A stretch of DNA of 38,579 bases from IMG/VR virus record IMGVR_UViG_2563367002_000001. One strand, 5' to 3'. Below the pieces are notes generated by a model. It saw only the letters and a list, made by a program, of their open reading frames with translations. It was not told where the DNA came from and ran no database searches. The DNA comes from a virus (lineage: Duplodnaviria > Heunggongvirae > Uroviricota > Caudoviricetes). Every line of letters starts with the position of its first letter. Within the stretch, counting starts at the first letter, position 1. The position numbers were made by a program, and so were the translations under genes. Below are positions 21,126 through 30,326 of this stretch, in pieces.

Positions 21126-22620
21126 TCTTTCACACATTATTGCAGCAGCATTCAATGAACCGCTGCTTCTGGAGCCCGCCTATGCGCGGGTTTTCTTTTG
21201 CGCGCTCGGGCGCGAGATGGGGGCAGCAAGTCTTTCGGTACCACAACAGCAGGTACAGCTTGATGCACCCGGAATGCTGGCTGAAACGGACGAGTACATG
21301 GCCGGAGGTAAACGACCGGCCCGTGTTTACCGGGTGGTGAACGGTATTGCGGTACTGCCGGTGACCGGCACGCTGGTGCACCGGCTGGGGGGGATGCGGC
21401 CATTTTCCGGAATGACTGGCTATGACGGCATTGTCGCCTGTCTTCAGCAGGCAATGGCAGATAGCCAGGTGCGGGGCATACTGCTGGACATTGACAGTCC
21501 GGGCGGGCAGGCCGCCGGCGCGTTTGACTGCGCTGACATGATTTACCGCCTCCGGCAGCAGAAGCCGGTCTGGGCACTGTGTAATGACACGGCCTGTTCT
21601 GCAGCCATGCTGCTGGCGTCGGCCTGCTCCCGACGGCTGGTTACCCAGACATCCCGTATCGGCTCCATTGGCGTGATGATGAGCCATGTCAGCTATGCCG
21701 GTCATCTGGCGCAGGCCGGTGTGGATATCACGCTGATTTATGCCGGGGCGCACAAGGTGGATGGCAATCAGTTTGAAGCGTTGCCGGCAGAGGTTCGCCA
21801 GGACATGCAGCAGCGGATTGATGCGGCGCGCCGGATGTTTGCCGAAAAAGTGGCGATGTATACCGGTCTGTCTGTTGATGCCGTCACGGGAACAGAGGCT
21901 GCCGTTTTTGAAGGTCAGTCCGGCATTGAGGCCGGGCTGGCGGATGAATTAATCAATGCGTCGGATGCCATCAGTGTGATGGCCACGGCGCTGAACAGTA
22001 ATGTCAGAGGAGGCACTATGCCGCAATTAACTGCAACGGAAGCCGCCGTGCAGGAGAACCAGCGAGTGATGGGGATCCTGACATGCCAGGAAGCGAAAGG
22101 ACGTGAACAGCTTGCCACGATGCTGGCAGGGCAACAGGGCATGAGCGTTGAACAGGCCCGGGCGATTCTGGCCGCGGCGGCACCGCAGCAGCCGGTGGCA
22201 TCCGCACAGAGTGAAGCCGATCGCATTATGGCGTGTGAAGAAGCGAACGGTCGTGAACAACTGGCAGCAACGCTGGCGGCGATGCCGGAGATGACGGTGG
22301 AAAAAGCCCGCCCGATCCTGGCTGCTTCACCGCAGGCGAATGCCGGGCCCTCACTTCGTGATCAGATCATGGCACTGGATGAGGCAAAAGGGGCTGAGGC
22401 GCAGGCTGAACAGCTGGCTGCCTGCCCGGGAATGACAGTGGAGAGCGCCCGGGCTGTGCTGGCTGCGGGATCAGGTAAGGCAGAACCGGTCTCTGCATCC
22501 ACAACCGCCATGTTTGAACATTTCATGGCGAACCATTCACCGGCAGCGGTACAGGGTGGCGTGGCACAGACGTCAGCAGACGGTGATGCGGACGTGAAAA
22601 TGCTCATGGCCATGCCATGA
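21115..22620 (+). CDS. C: Head maturation protease / scaffold C (S49-type peptidase), 501 aa, with triplicated C-terminal motif
   Basis: GTG start. The N-terminal two-thirds is homologous to lambda gpC (AFNEPLLLEPAYARVFFCAL...). The C-terminal region carries three tandem copies of a roughly 45-aa motif where lambda has one. Confidence 0.9.
   Translation: MRRNLSHIIAAAFNEPLLLEPAYARVFFCALGREMGAASLSVPQQQVQLDAPGMLAETDEYMAGGKRPARVYRVVNGIAVLPVTGTLVHRLGGMRPFSGMTGYDGIVACLQQAMADSQVRGILLDIDSPGGQAAGAFDCADMIYRLRQQKPVWALCNDTACSAAMLLASACSRRLVTQTSRIGSIGVMMSHVSYAGHLAQAGVDITLIYAGAHKVDGNQFEALPAEVRQDMQQRIDAARRMFAEKVAMYTGLSVDAVTGTEAAVFEGQSGIEAGLADELINASDAISVMATALNSNVRGGTMPQLTATEAAVQENQRVMGILTCQEAKGREQLATMLAGQQGMSVEQARAILAAAAPQQPVASAQSEADRIMACEEANGREQLAATLAAMPEMTVEKARPILAASPQANAGPSLRDQIMALDEAKGAEAQAEQLAACPGMTVESARAVLAAGSGKAEPVSASTTAMFEHFMANHSPAAVQGGVAQTSADGDADVKMLMAMP
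21856..22620 (+). CDS. nu3: Possible Nu3-like scaffolding protein from an in-frame internal start within C
   Basis: In lambda, Nu3 is the in-frame C-terminal third of C. Here an in-frame ATG at 21856 (MYTGLSVDAV...) is a candidate start; the RBS is weak. Confidence 0.3.
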   Translation: MYTGLSVDAVTGTEAAVFEGQSGIEAGLADELINASDAISVMATALNSNVRGGTMPQLTATEAAVQENQRVMGILTCQEAKGREQLATMLAGQQGMSVEQARAILAAAAPQQPVASAQSEADRIMACEEANGREQLAATLAAMPEMTVEKARPILAASPQANAGPSLRDQIMALDEAKGAEAQAEQLAACPGMTVESARAVLAAGSGKAEPVSASTTAMFEHFMANHSPAAVQGGVAQTSADGDADVKMLMAMP

Positions 22621-22656
22621 AGTCAGTGCTGACCATCAATAGGAGGTTTTTACAAT

Positions 22657-23004
22657 ATGGTGACGAAAACCATCACTGAACAGCGTGCGGAAGTACGTAT
22701 TTTTGCCGGTAATGATCCGGCTCATACCGCCACAGGCAGCAGCGGGATTTCCTCGCCAACACCGGCACTGACGCCCCTGATGCTGGATGAAGCCACCGGG
22801 AAACTGGTGGTCTGGGACGGACAGAAAGCCGGTAGTGCGGTTGGCATACTGGTACTGCCGCTTGAAGGCACAGAGACGGCGCTGACGTATTACAAGTCGG
22901 GAACCTTTGCGACGGAGGCAATCCGCTGGCCTGAAAGTGTGGATGAACACAAAAAGGCCAACGCCTTTGCTGGCAGTGCCCTGAGTCACGCGGCGCTGCC
23001 GTAA
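22657..23004 (+). CDS. D: Head decoration protein D, 115 aa
   Basis: DPAHTATG...TPLMLDEATGKLVVWDG...YKSGTF matches lambda gpD. RBS AGGAGG upstream. Confidence 0.95.
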   Translation: MVTKTITEQRAEVRIFAGNDPAHTATGSSGISSPTPALTPLMLDEATGKLVVWDGQKAGSAVGILVLPLEGTETALTYYKSGTFATEAIRWPESVDEHKKANAFAGSALSHAALP

Positions 23005-23061
23005 CACGTTATCAGGCCACCGCGGTGGCCTGACTGATTTCTGAATGAAAGGAACTGATTT

Positions 23062-24090
23062 ATGGGATTGTTTACGACCCGCCAGTTACTCGGTTATACC
23101 GAACAAAAAGTTAAATTTCGTGCGCTGTTTCTGGAGCTGTTTTTCCGCCGTACGGTGAATTTCCATACCGAAGAGGTGATGCTGGACAAAATTACCGGAA
23201 AAACGCCGGTGGCGGCCTATGTCTCCCCGGTTGTTGAAGGAAAAGTGCTGCGTCATCGTGGTGGTGAAACCCGCGTGTTGCGTCCGGGCTACGTCAAGCC
23301 GAAACACGAATTTAATTACCAGCAGGCGGTTGAGCGCCTTCCTGGTGAAGATCCATCTCAACTGAATGATCCGGCTTACCGCCGTCTGCGTATCATTACC
23401 GATAACCTCAAACAGGAAGAGCACGCGATTGTCCAGGTGGAAGAAATGCAGGCGGTAAATGCTGTGTTGTATGGCAAATACACCATGGAAGGAGACCAGT
23501 TCGAGAAAATTGAGGTCGATTTTGGCAGGTCGACGAAGAATAACATCACTCAGGGTAGTGGTAAGGAGTGGTCAAAACAGGATCGTGACACGTTCGATCC
23601 TACACATGATATTGACCTCTACTGCGACCTGGCCAGCGGTCTTGTGAATATCGCCATTATGGACGGTACCGTCTGGCGTCTTCTGAATGGTTTTAAGCTG
23701 TTCCGCGAAAAACTGGATACCCGTCGCGGTTCAAATTCTCAACTCGAAACGGCAGTGAAAGATCTGGGCGCAGTGGTGTCCTTCAAGGGGTATTACGGCG
23801 ATCTGGCCATTGTGGTGGCGAAAACGTCTTATATAGCAGAAGACGGTATCGAAAAACGTTATCTTCCAGATGGCATGCTGGTTCTGGGGAATACTGCTGC
23901 AGATGGGATCCGTTGTTACGGTGCCATTCAGGATGCTCAGGCGTTGTCCGAAGGTGTGGTGGCCTCTTCCCGTTATCCGAAACACTGGCTGACGGTAGGG
24001 GATCCCGCCCGTGAATTTACCATGACGCAGTCCGCGCCGCTGATGGTGTTGCCGGACCCGGATGAGTTTGTGGTGGTACAGGTGAAATAA
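23062..24090 (+). CDS. E: Major capsid protein E, 342 aa
   Basis: Homologous to lambda gpE throughout (PGYVKPKHE...YGDLAIVV...TGDPAREFTMTQSAPLM). Confidence 0.95.
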   Translation: MGLFTTRQLLGYTEQKVKFRALFLELFFRRTVNFHTEEVMLDKITGKTPVAAYVSPVVEGKVLRHRGGETRVLRPGYVKPKHEFNYQQAVERLPGEDPSQLNDPAYRRLRIITDNLKQEEHAIVQVEEMQAVNAVLYGKYTMEGDQFEKIEVDFGRSTKNNITQGSGKEWSKQDRDTFDPTHDIDLYCDLASGLVNIAIMDGTVWRLLNGFKLFREKLDTRRGSNSQLETAVKDLGAVVSFKGYYGDLAIVVAKTSYIAEDGIEKRYLPDGMLVLGNTAADGIRCYGAIQDAQALSEGVVASSRYPKHWLTVGDPAREFTMTQSAPLMVLPDPDEFVVVQVK

Positions 24091-24097
24091 TCCGTGA

Positions 24098-24127
24098 GCG
24101 GGGGCGAAATGCCCCCGTGTCTTTTTT
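24098..24127 (+). terminator. Terminator-like hairpin immediately after the major capsid gene
   Basis: GCGGGGGC-gaaat-GCCCCCGT followed by GTCTTTTTT at 24119-24127. Confidence 0.45.
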
Positions 24128-24141
24128 CACAGGGGGCTGAT

Positions 24142-24516
24142 ATGGCAACGAAAGAGCAAAATCTGAAACGGCTTGATGAACTGGCCCTGATTCTGGGGCG
24201 TGAGCCGGATATATCCGGGAGTGCCGCAGAGATAGCGCAGCGGGTGGCAGAATGGGAAGAGGAAATGCAGTCATCCGGCGATGATGTACAGGTTATGAAT
24301 ATGGATATCCGGGAGCGGGAAACCGCGGCTCATGATGTTCGTGAGGAAACATCCGGCGCGTTAACGCGCATCAGAGTTCTGACCTGCCTCCATCTCTGTG
24401 GCGTTGATGGTGAAACGGGGGAATCCGTTGAGCTTGCGGATGTTGGTCGGGTGATTCTGATTATGTCCTCAGATGCAAAAACACACGTTGATGGTGGAAT
24501 GGCTGTTTATGCGTGA
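24142..24516 (+). CDS. FI: DNA-packaging / head assembly protein FI, 124 aa
   Basis: Position and partial similarity to lambda FI (EIAQRVAEWEEEM versus lambda ELALRVAELKEEL). ATG at 24142 with RBS AGGGGG. Confidence 0.75.
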   Translation: MATKEQNLKRLDELALILGREPDISGSAAEIAQRVAEWEEEMQSSGDDVQVMNMDIRERETAAHDVREETSGALTRIRVLTCLHLCGVDGETGESVELADVGRVILIMSSDAKTHVDGGMAVYA

Positions 24517-24862
24517 TTTTCAGAATGCCTTTGATGCCGCCCTTGCCGGGGTGGACAGTACGATTGTTGAAGTGATGGGCATCAGTGCGCAGTTCACCTC
24601 CGGTGCACAGCGTGGCGGCGAGGTTCATGGCGTTTTTGACGATCCGGAGTCGCTGGGTTTTGCCAGTAGTGGGATCCGTATTGAAGGAAGTAACCCGTCA
24701 TTATTTGTGCTTACGGATACGGTTTGTGCTGTACGGCGTGGTGACACGCTGACCATTAACGGCGAGATGTTCTGGGTGGACCGTGTTTCTCCGGATGACG
24801 GAGGGAGTTGTTATCTCTGGCTCAACCGGGGGCAACCACCTGCCGCCAGCCGTCGCCGCTGA
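24509..24862 (+). CDS. FII: Head-tail connector protein FII, 117 aa
   Basis: FDAALAG...GVFDDPE...SNPSLFV...RRGDTLTI...FWVDRVSPDDGGSCYLWL matches lambda FII. Overlaps the FI end. Confidence 0.9.
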   Translation: MRDFQNAFDAALAGVDSTIVEVMGISAQFTSGAQRGGEVHGVFDDPESLGFASSGIRIEGSNPSLFVLTDTVCAVRRGDTLTINGEMFWVDRVSPDDGGSCYLWLNRGQPPAASRRR

Positions 24863-24873
24863 AAGGGGGATGT

Positions 24874-25452
24874 ATGGCCATAAAAGGTCTTGAGCAGGCC
24901 GTTGAAAACCTCAGCCGTATCAGCAAAACGGCAGTGCCTGGTGCCGCCGCAATGGCCATTAACCGCGTTGCTTCATCCGCGATATCGCAGTCGGCGTCAC
25001 TGGTTGCCCGTGAGACAAAGGTACGCCGGAAACTGGTAAAGGAAAGGGCCAGGCTGAAAAGGGCCACGGTCAAAAATCCGCAGGCCAGAATCAAAGTTAA
25101 CCGGGGGGATTTGCCCGTAATCAGGCTGGGTAATGCGCGGGTTGTCCTTTCGCGCCGCAGGCGTCGTAAAAAGGGGCAGCGTTCATCCCTGAAAGGTGGC
25201 GGCAGCGTGCTTGTGGTGGGTAACCGTCGTATTCCCGGCGCGTTTATTCAGCAACTGAAAAATGGCCGCTGGCATGTCATGCAGCGTGTGGCCGGGAAAA
25301 ACCGTTACCCCATTGATGTGGTGAAAATTCCGATGGCGGTGCCGCTGACCACGGCGTTTAAACAGAATATTGAGCGGATACGGCGTGAGCGTCTTCCGAA
25401 AGAGCTGGGCTATGCGCTGCAGCATCAACTGAGGATGGTAATAAAGCGATGA
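24874..25452 (+). CDS. Z: Minor tail protein Z, 192 aa
   Basis: Nearly identical to lambda gpZ as recalled (MAIKGLEQAVENLSRISKTAVPGAAAMAINRVASSAISQSAS...). Confidence 0.95.
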   Translation: MAIKGLEQAVENLSRISKTAVPGAAAMAINRVASSAISQSASLVARETKVRRKLVKERARLKRATVKNPQARIKVNRGDLPVIRLGNARVVLSRRRRRKKGQRSSLKGGGSVLVVGNRRIPGAFIQQLKNGRWHVMQRVAGKNRYPIDVVKIPMAVPLTTAFKQNIERIRRERLPKELGYALQHQLRMVIKR

Positions 25453-25844
25453 AACATACTGAATTCCGTGCAGCCGTACTGGATGCACTGGAAAAACATG
25501 ACACCGGGGCGACGCTTTTTGATGGTCGCCCCGCTGTTTTTGATGAGGCGGATTTTCCGGCAATTGCCGTTTATCTCACCGGCGCTGAATACACGGGCGA
25601 AGAGCTGGACAGCGATACCTGGCAGGCGGAGCTGCATATTGAAGTTTTCCTGCCTGCTCAGGTGCCGGATTCAGAGCTGGATTCGTGGATGGAAAGCCGG
25701 ATTTATCCGGCGATGAGCGATATCCCGGCACTGTCAGATTTGATCACCAGTATGGTGGCCAGTGGCTATGACTACCGGCGCGACGATGATGCGGGCCTGT
25801 GGAGTTCAGCCGATCTGACTTATGTCATTACCTATGAAATGTGA
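25449..25844 (+). CDS. U: Tail terminator protein U, 131 aa
   Basis: [45 protein letters not shown]... matches lambda gpU. ATGA overlap with Z. Confidence 0.95.
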   Translation: MKHTEFRAAVLDALEKHDTGATLFDGRPAVFDEADFPAIAVYLTGAEYTGEELDSDTWQAELHIEVFLPAQVPDSELDSWMESRIYPAMSDIPALSDLITSMVASGYDYRRDDDAGLWSSADLTYVITYEM

Positions 25845-25851
25845 GGACGAT

Positions 25852-26592
25852 ATGCCAACACCAAATCCTCTGGCACCGGTGAAAGGGGCCGGAACCACAC
25901 TGTGGGTTTATAACGGGAGCGGCGACCCTTATGCAAACCCGCTTTCAGACAATGACTGGTCGCGTCTGGCAAAAATTAAAGACCTGACGCCCGGCGAACT
26001 GACCGCTGAGTCCTATGACGACAGTTATCTCGATGATGAAGATGCGGACTGGACCGCGACCGGGCAGGGGCAGAAATCCGCCGGAGATACCAGCTTCACG
26101 CTGGCGTGGATGCCCGGAGAGCAGGGGCAGCAGGCGCTGCTGGCGTGGTTTAATGAAGGTGATACCCGTGCCTATAAAATCCGCTTCCCGAACGGCACGG
26201 TCGATGTGTTCCGTGGCTGGGTCAGCAGTATCGGTAAGGCGGTGACGGCGAAGGAAGTGATCACCCGTACGGTGAAGGTCACCAATGTGGGCCGTCCGTC
26301 AATGGCAGAAGATCGCAGTACGGTGACGGCGGCAACCGGTATGACCGTGACGCCTGCCAGCTCCTCGGTGGTGAAAGGGCAGAGCACCACGCTGACCGTG
26401 GCCTTCCAGCCGGAGGGCGCAACTGACAAGAGCTTCCGTGCGGTGTCAGCGGATAAAACAAAAGCCACCGTGTCGGTCAGTGGTATGACCATCACCGTGA
26501 ACGGCGTTGCTGCAGGCAAGGTCAACATTCCGGTTGTATCCGGTAATGGTGAACTTGCTGCGGTTGCAGAAATCACTGTCACCGACAGTTAA
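25852..26592 (+). CDS. V: Major tail tube protein V, 246 aa
   Basis: Near-identical to lambda gpV, including the C-terminal Ig-like domain. ATG at 25852 ([20 protein letters not shown]...). Confidence 0.95.
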   Translation: MPTPNPLAPVKGAGTTLWVYNGSGDPYANPLSDNDWSRLAKIKDLTPGELTAESYDDSYLDDEDADWTATGQGQKSAGDTSFTLAWMPGEQGQQALLAWFNEGDTRAYKIRFPNGTVDVFRGWVSSIGKAVTAKEVITRTVKVTNVGRPSMAEDRSTVTAATGMTVTPASSSVVKGQSTTLTVAFQPEGATDKSFRAVSADKTKATVSVSGMTITVNGVAAGKVNIPVVSGNGELAAVAEITVTDS

Positions 26593-26607
26593 TCCGGAGA
26601 GTCAGCG

Positions 26608-27030
26608 ATGTTCCTGAAAACCGAATCATTTGAACATAACGGCGTGACCGTCACGCTTTCTGAACTGTCAGCCCTGCAGCGTATTGAGCATCTCGCCCTG
26701 ATGAAACAGCAGGCAGAACAGGCGGAGTCAGACAGCAACCGGCAGGTTACTGTGGAAGACGCCATCAGAACCGGTGCTTTTGTGGTGGCGATGTCCCTGT
26801 GGCATAACCATCCGCAGAAGACAAAGCAGCCTTCCATGAATGAAGCCGTTAAACAGATTGAGCAGGAAGTGCTTACCACCTGGCCCGCGGAGGCAATTTC
26901 TCATGCTGAAAACGTGGTGTACCGGCTGTCCGGTATGTATGGGTTTGTGGTGAATGATGCCCCTGACCAGGCAGAGGACTCCGGGCCTGCAGAGCCTGTT
27001 TCTGCGGGAAAGTGTTCGACGGTGAGCTGA
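26608..27030 (+). CDS. G: Tail assembly chaperone G, 140 aa
   Basis: MFLKTESFEHNGVTVTLSELSALQRIEHLALMK... matches lambda gpG. Confidence 0.95.
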   Translation: MFLKTESFEHNGVTVTLSELSALQRIEHLALMKQQAEQAESDSNRQVTVEDAIRTGAFVVAMSLWHNHPQKTKQPSMNEAVKQIEQEVLTTWPAEAISHAENVVYRLSGMYGFVVNDAPDQAEDSGPAEPVSAGKCSTVS

Positions 27031-27446
27031 GTTTTGCCCTGAAACTGGCGCGAGAGATGGGGCGACCTGACTGGCGCGCCATGCTTGCCGGGATGTCATC
27101 CACGGAGTATGCCGACTGGCACCGCTTTTACAGTACCCATTATTTTCATGATGTTCTGCTGGATATGCACTTTTCCGGGCTGACGTACACTGTGCTCAGC
27201 CTGTTTTTCAGCGATCCGGATATGCATCCGCTGGATTTCAGTTTGCTGAACCGGCGTGAGGATGACGAAGAGCCTGAAGATGATGTGCTGATGCAGAAAG
27301 CGGCAGGGCTTACCGGAGGCGTCCGCTTTGACCCGGACGGAAATGAAGTTATCCCCGCTTCCCCGGATATGGCGGGCATGACGGAGGATGACGTAATGCT
27401 GATGACAGTATCAGAAGGGATCGCAGGAGGAGTCCGGTATGGCTGA
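26608..27446 (+). CDS. G-T: Tail assembly chaperone G-T fusion, made by programmed -1 frameshift
   Basis: Slippery heptamer G GGA AAG at 27006-27012 near the 3' end of G. The -1 frame continues VFDGELSFALKLAREMGRPDW..., the T frame, ending at 27446. Confidence 0.85.
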
Positions 27447-30000
27447 ACCGGTAGGCGATCTGGTCGTTGATTTAAGTCTGGATGCGGCCAGATTTGACGA
27501 GCAGATGGCCAGAGTCAGGCGTCATTTTTCCGGTACGGAAAGTGATGCGAAAAAAACAGCGGCAGTCGTTGAACAGTCGCTGAGCCGACAGGCGCTGGCT
27601 GCACAGAAAGCGGGGATTTCCGTCGGGCAGTATAAAGCCGCCATGCGTATGCTGCCTGCACAGTTCACCGACGTGGCCACGCAGCTTGCAGGCGGGCAAA
27701 GCCCGTGGCTGATCCTGCTGCAACAGGGTGGTCAGGTTAAGGACTCCTTCGGCGGGATGATCCCCATGTTCCGGGGGCTTGCCGGTGCGATCACCCTGCC
27801 GATGGTCGGGGCCACCTCGCTGGCGGTGGCGACCGGTGCGCTGGCGTATGCCTGGTATCAGGGTAACTCAACCCTGTCCGATTTCAACAAAACGCTGGTC
27901 CTTTCCGGCAATCAGTCGGGTCTGACGGCAGATCGTATGCTGGTCCTGTCCAGAGCCGGGCAGGCGGCAGGGCTGACGTTTAACCAGACCAGCGAGTCAC
28001 TCAGCGCACTGGTTAAGGCGGGAGTAAGCGGTGAGGCTCAGATTGCATCCATCAGCCAGAGTGTGGCGCGTTTCTCCTCTGCATCCGGCGTGGAGGTGGA
28101 CAAGGTCGCTGAAGCCTTCGGGAAGCTGACCACTGACCCGACGTCGGGGCTGACGGCGATGGCGCGCCAGTTCCATAACGTGACGGCGGAGCAGATTGCG
28201 TATGTTGCTCAGTTGCAGCGTTCCGGCGATGAAACCGGGGCATTGCAGGCGGCGAACGAGGCCGCAACGAAAGGGTTTGATGACCAGACCCGCCGCCTGA
28301 AAGAGAACATGGGCACGCTGGAGACCTGGGCAGACAGGACAGCGCGGGCATTCAAATCCATGTGGGATGCGGTGCTGGATATTGGTCGTCCTGATACCGC
28401 TCAGGAGATGCTGATTAAGGCAGAGGCTGCGTTTAAGAAAGCGGACGACATCTGGAATCTGCGCAAGGATGATTATTTTGTTAACGATGAAGCGCGGGCG
28501 CGTTACTGGGATGATCGTGAAAAGGCCCGTCTTGCGCTTGAAGCCGCCCGAAAGAAGGCTGAACAGCAGAGTCAACAGGACAAAAATGCGCAGCAGCAGA
28601 GCGATACCGAAGCATCACGGCTGAAATATACCGAAGAGGCGCAGAAGGCTTACGAACGGCTGCAGACACCGCTGGAGAAATATACCGCCCGTCAGGAAGA
28701 ACTGAACAAGGCACTGAAAGACGGGAAAATCCTGCAGGCAGATTACAACACGCTGATGGCGGCGGCGAAAAAGGATTATGAAGCGACGCTGAAAAAGCCG
28801 AAACAGTCCGGCGTGAAGGTGTCTGCGGGCGATCGTCAGGAAGACAGTGCTCATGCTGCCCTGCTGACGCTTCAGGCTGAACTCCGGACGCTGGAGAAGC
28901 ATGCCGGAGCAAATGAGAAAATCAGCCAGCAGCGCCGGGATTTGTGGAAGGCGGAGAGTCAGTTCGCGGTACTGGAGGAGGCGGCGCAACGTCGCCAGCT
29001 GTCTGCACAGGAGAAATCCCTGCTGGCGCATAAAGATGAGACGCTGGAGTACAAACGCCAGCTGGCTGCACTTGGCGACAAGGTTACGTATCAGGAGCGC
29101 CTGAACGCGCTGGCGCAGCAGGCGGATAAATTCGCACAGCAGCAACGGGCAAAACGGGCCGCTATTGATGCGAAAAGCCGGGGGCTGACTGACCGGCAGG
29201 CAGAACGGGAAGCCACGGAACAGCGCCTGAAGGAACAGTATGGCGATAATCCTCTGGCGCTGAATAACGTCATGTCAGAGCAGAAAAAGACCTGGGCGGC
29301 TGAAGACCTGCTTCGCGGGAACTGGATGGCAGGCCTGAAGTCCGGCTGGAGTGAGTGGGAAGAGAGTGCCACGGACAGTATGTCGCAGGTTAAAAGTGCT
29401 GCCACGCAGACCTTTGATGGTATTGCGCAGAATATGGCGGCGATGCTGACCGGCAGTGAACAGAACTGGCGCAGCTTCACCCGTTCCGTGCTGTCCATGA
29501 TGACAGAAATTCTGCTTAAGCAGGCAATGGTGGGGATTGTCGGGAGTATCGGCAGCGCTATTGGCGGGGCTGTTGGTGGCGGCGCATCCGCGTCAGGCGG
29601 TACAGCCATTCAGGCCGCTGCGGCGAAACTCCATTTTGCAACCGGAGGATTTACGGGAACCGGCGGCAAATATGAGCCAGCGGGGATTGTTCACCGTGGT
29701 GAATTTGTCTTCACGAAGGAGGCAACCAGCCGGATTGGCGTGGGAAATCTCTACCGGCTGATGCGCGGCTATGCCACCGGCGGTTATGTCGGTGGCACCG
29801 GAAGTCCGGCGCAAATGCGGCGTTCAGAGGGTATCAGGTTTGAGCAGAACAACAACGTGGTGATTCAGAACGACGGTACGAATGGTCTGCCAGGTCCACA
29901 GATGATGAAGGCGGTGTATGACATGGCCCGCAAGGGTGCCCGTGATGAAATCCAGGCACAGATGCGCGATGGTGGTCTGTTCTCCGGAGGTGGACGATGA
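27439..30000 (+). CDS. H: Tail tape-measure protein H, 853 aa
   Basis: Length and sequence match lambda gpH (MAEPVGDLVVDLSLDAARFDEQMARVRRHFSG...). Confidence 0.95.
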   Translation: MAEPVGDLVVDLSLDAARFDEQMARVRRHFSGTESDAKKTAAVVEQSLSRQALAAQKAGISVGQYKAAMRMLPAQFTDVATQLAGGQSPWLILLQQGGQVKDSFGGMIPMFRGLAGAITLPMVGATSLAVATGALAYAWYQGNSTLSDFNKTLVLSGNQSGLTADRMLVLSRAGQAAGLTFNQTSESLSALVKAGVSGEAQIASISQSVARFSSASGVEVDKVAEAFGKLTTDPTSGLTAMARQFHNVTAEQIAYVAQLQRSGDETGALQAANEAATKGFDDQTRRLKENMGTLETWADRTARAFKSMWDAVLDIGRPDTAQEMLIKAEAAFKKADDIWNLRKDDYFVNDEARARYWDDREKARLALEAARKKAEQQSQQDKNAQQQSDTEASRLKYTEEAQKAYERLQTPLEKYTARQEELNKALKDGKILQADYNTLMAAAKKDYEATLKKPKQSGVKVSAGDRQEDSAHAALLTLQAELRTLEKHAGANEKISQQRRDLWKAESQFAVLEEAAQRRQLSAQEKSLLAHKDETLEYKRQLAALGDKVTYQERLNALAQQADKFAQQQRAKRAAIDAKSRGLTDRQAEREATEQRLKEQYGDNPLALNNVMSEQKKTWAAEDLLRGNWMAGLKSGWSEWEESATDSMSQVKSAATQTFDGIAQNMAAMLTGSEQNWRSFTRSVLSMMTEILLKQAMVGIVGSIGSAIGGAVGGGASASGGTAIQAAAAKLHFATGGFTGTGGKYEPAGIVHRGEFVFTKEATSRIGVGNLYRLMRGYATGGYVGGTGSPAQMRRSEGIRFEQNNNVVIQNDGTNGLPGPQMMKAVYDMARKGARDEIQAQMRDGGLFSGGGR

Positions 30001-30326
30001 AAACCTTCCGCTGGAAAGTGAAACCCGGGATGGATGTGACATCGGCTCCTTCCGTCAGGGAGGTGCGCTTTGGTGATGGCTATTCCCAGCGTGCGCCTGC
30101 CGGGCTGAACGCTGACCTGAAAACGTACAGCGTGACGCTGTCTGTCTCCCGTGAGGAGGCCACGGCGCTGGAGTCGTTTCTGGCTGAGCACGGGGGCTGG
30201 AAGGCCTTTCTGTGGACGCCGCCTTATGGTTACAGGCAGATAAAGGTGACCTGCGCAAAATGGTCGTCGCGGGTCAGTATGCTGCGTGTTGAGTTCAGCG
30301 CAGAGTTTGAACAGGTGGTGAACTGA
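29997..30326 (+). CDS. M: Minor tail protein M, 109 aa
   Basis: MKTFRWKVKPGMDV...WTPPYGYRQIKVTCAKWSSRVSMLRVEFSAEFEQVVN matches lambda gpM. Confidence 0.95.
   Translation: MKTFRWKVKPGMDVTSAPSVREVRFGDGYSQRAPAGLNADLKTYSVTLSVSREEATALESFLAEHGGWKAFLWTPPYGYRQIKVTCAKWSSRVSMLRVEFSAEFEQVVN

Noticed and set aside
28615-29145. Several minus-strand ORFs of 100-190 aa inside the tape-measure gene H
   Set aside because: Antisense to a near-identical lambda H homologue; low-complexity Leu/Arg/Gln-rich sequences.
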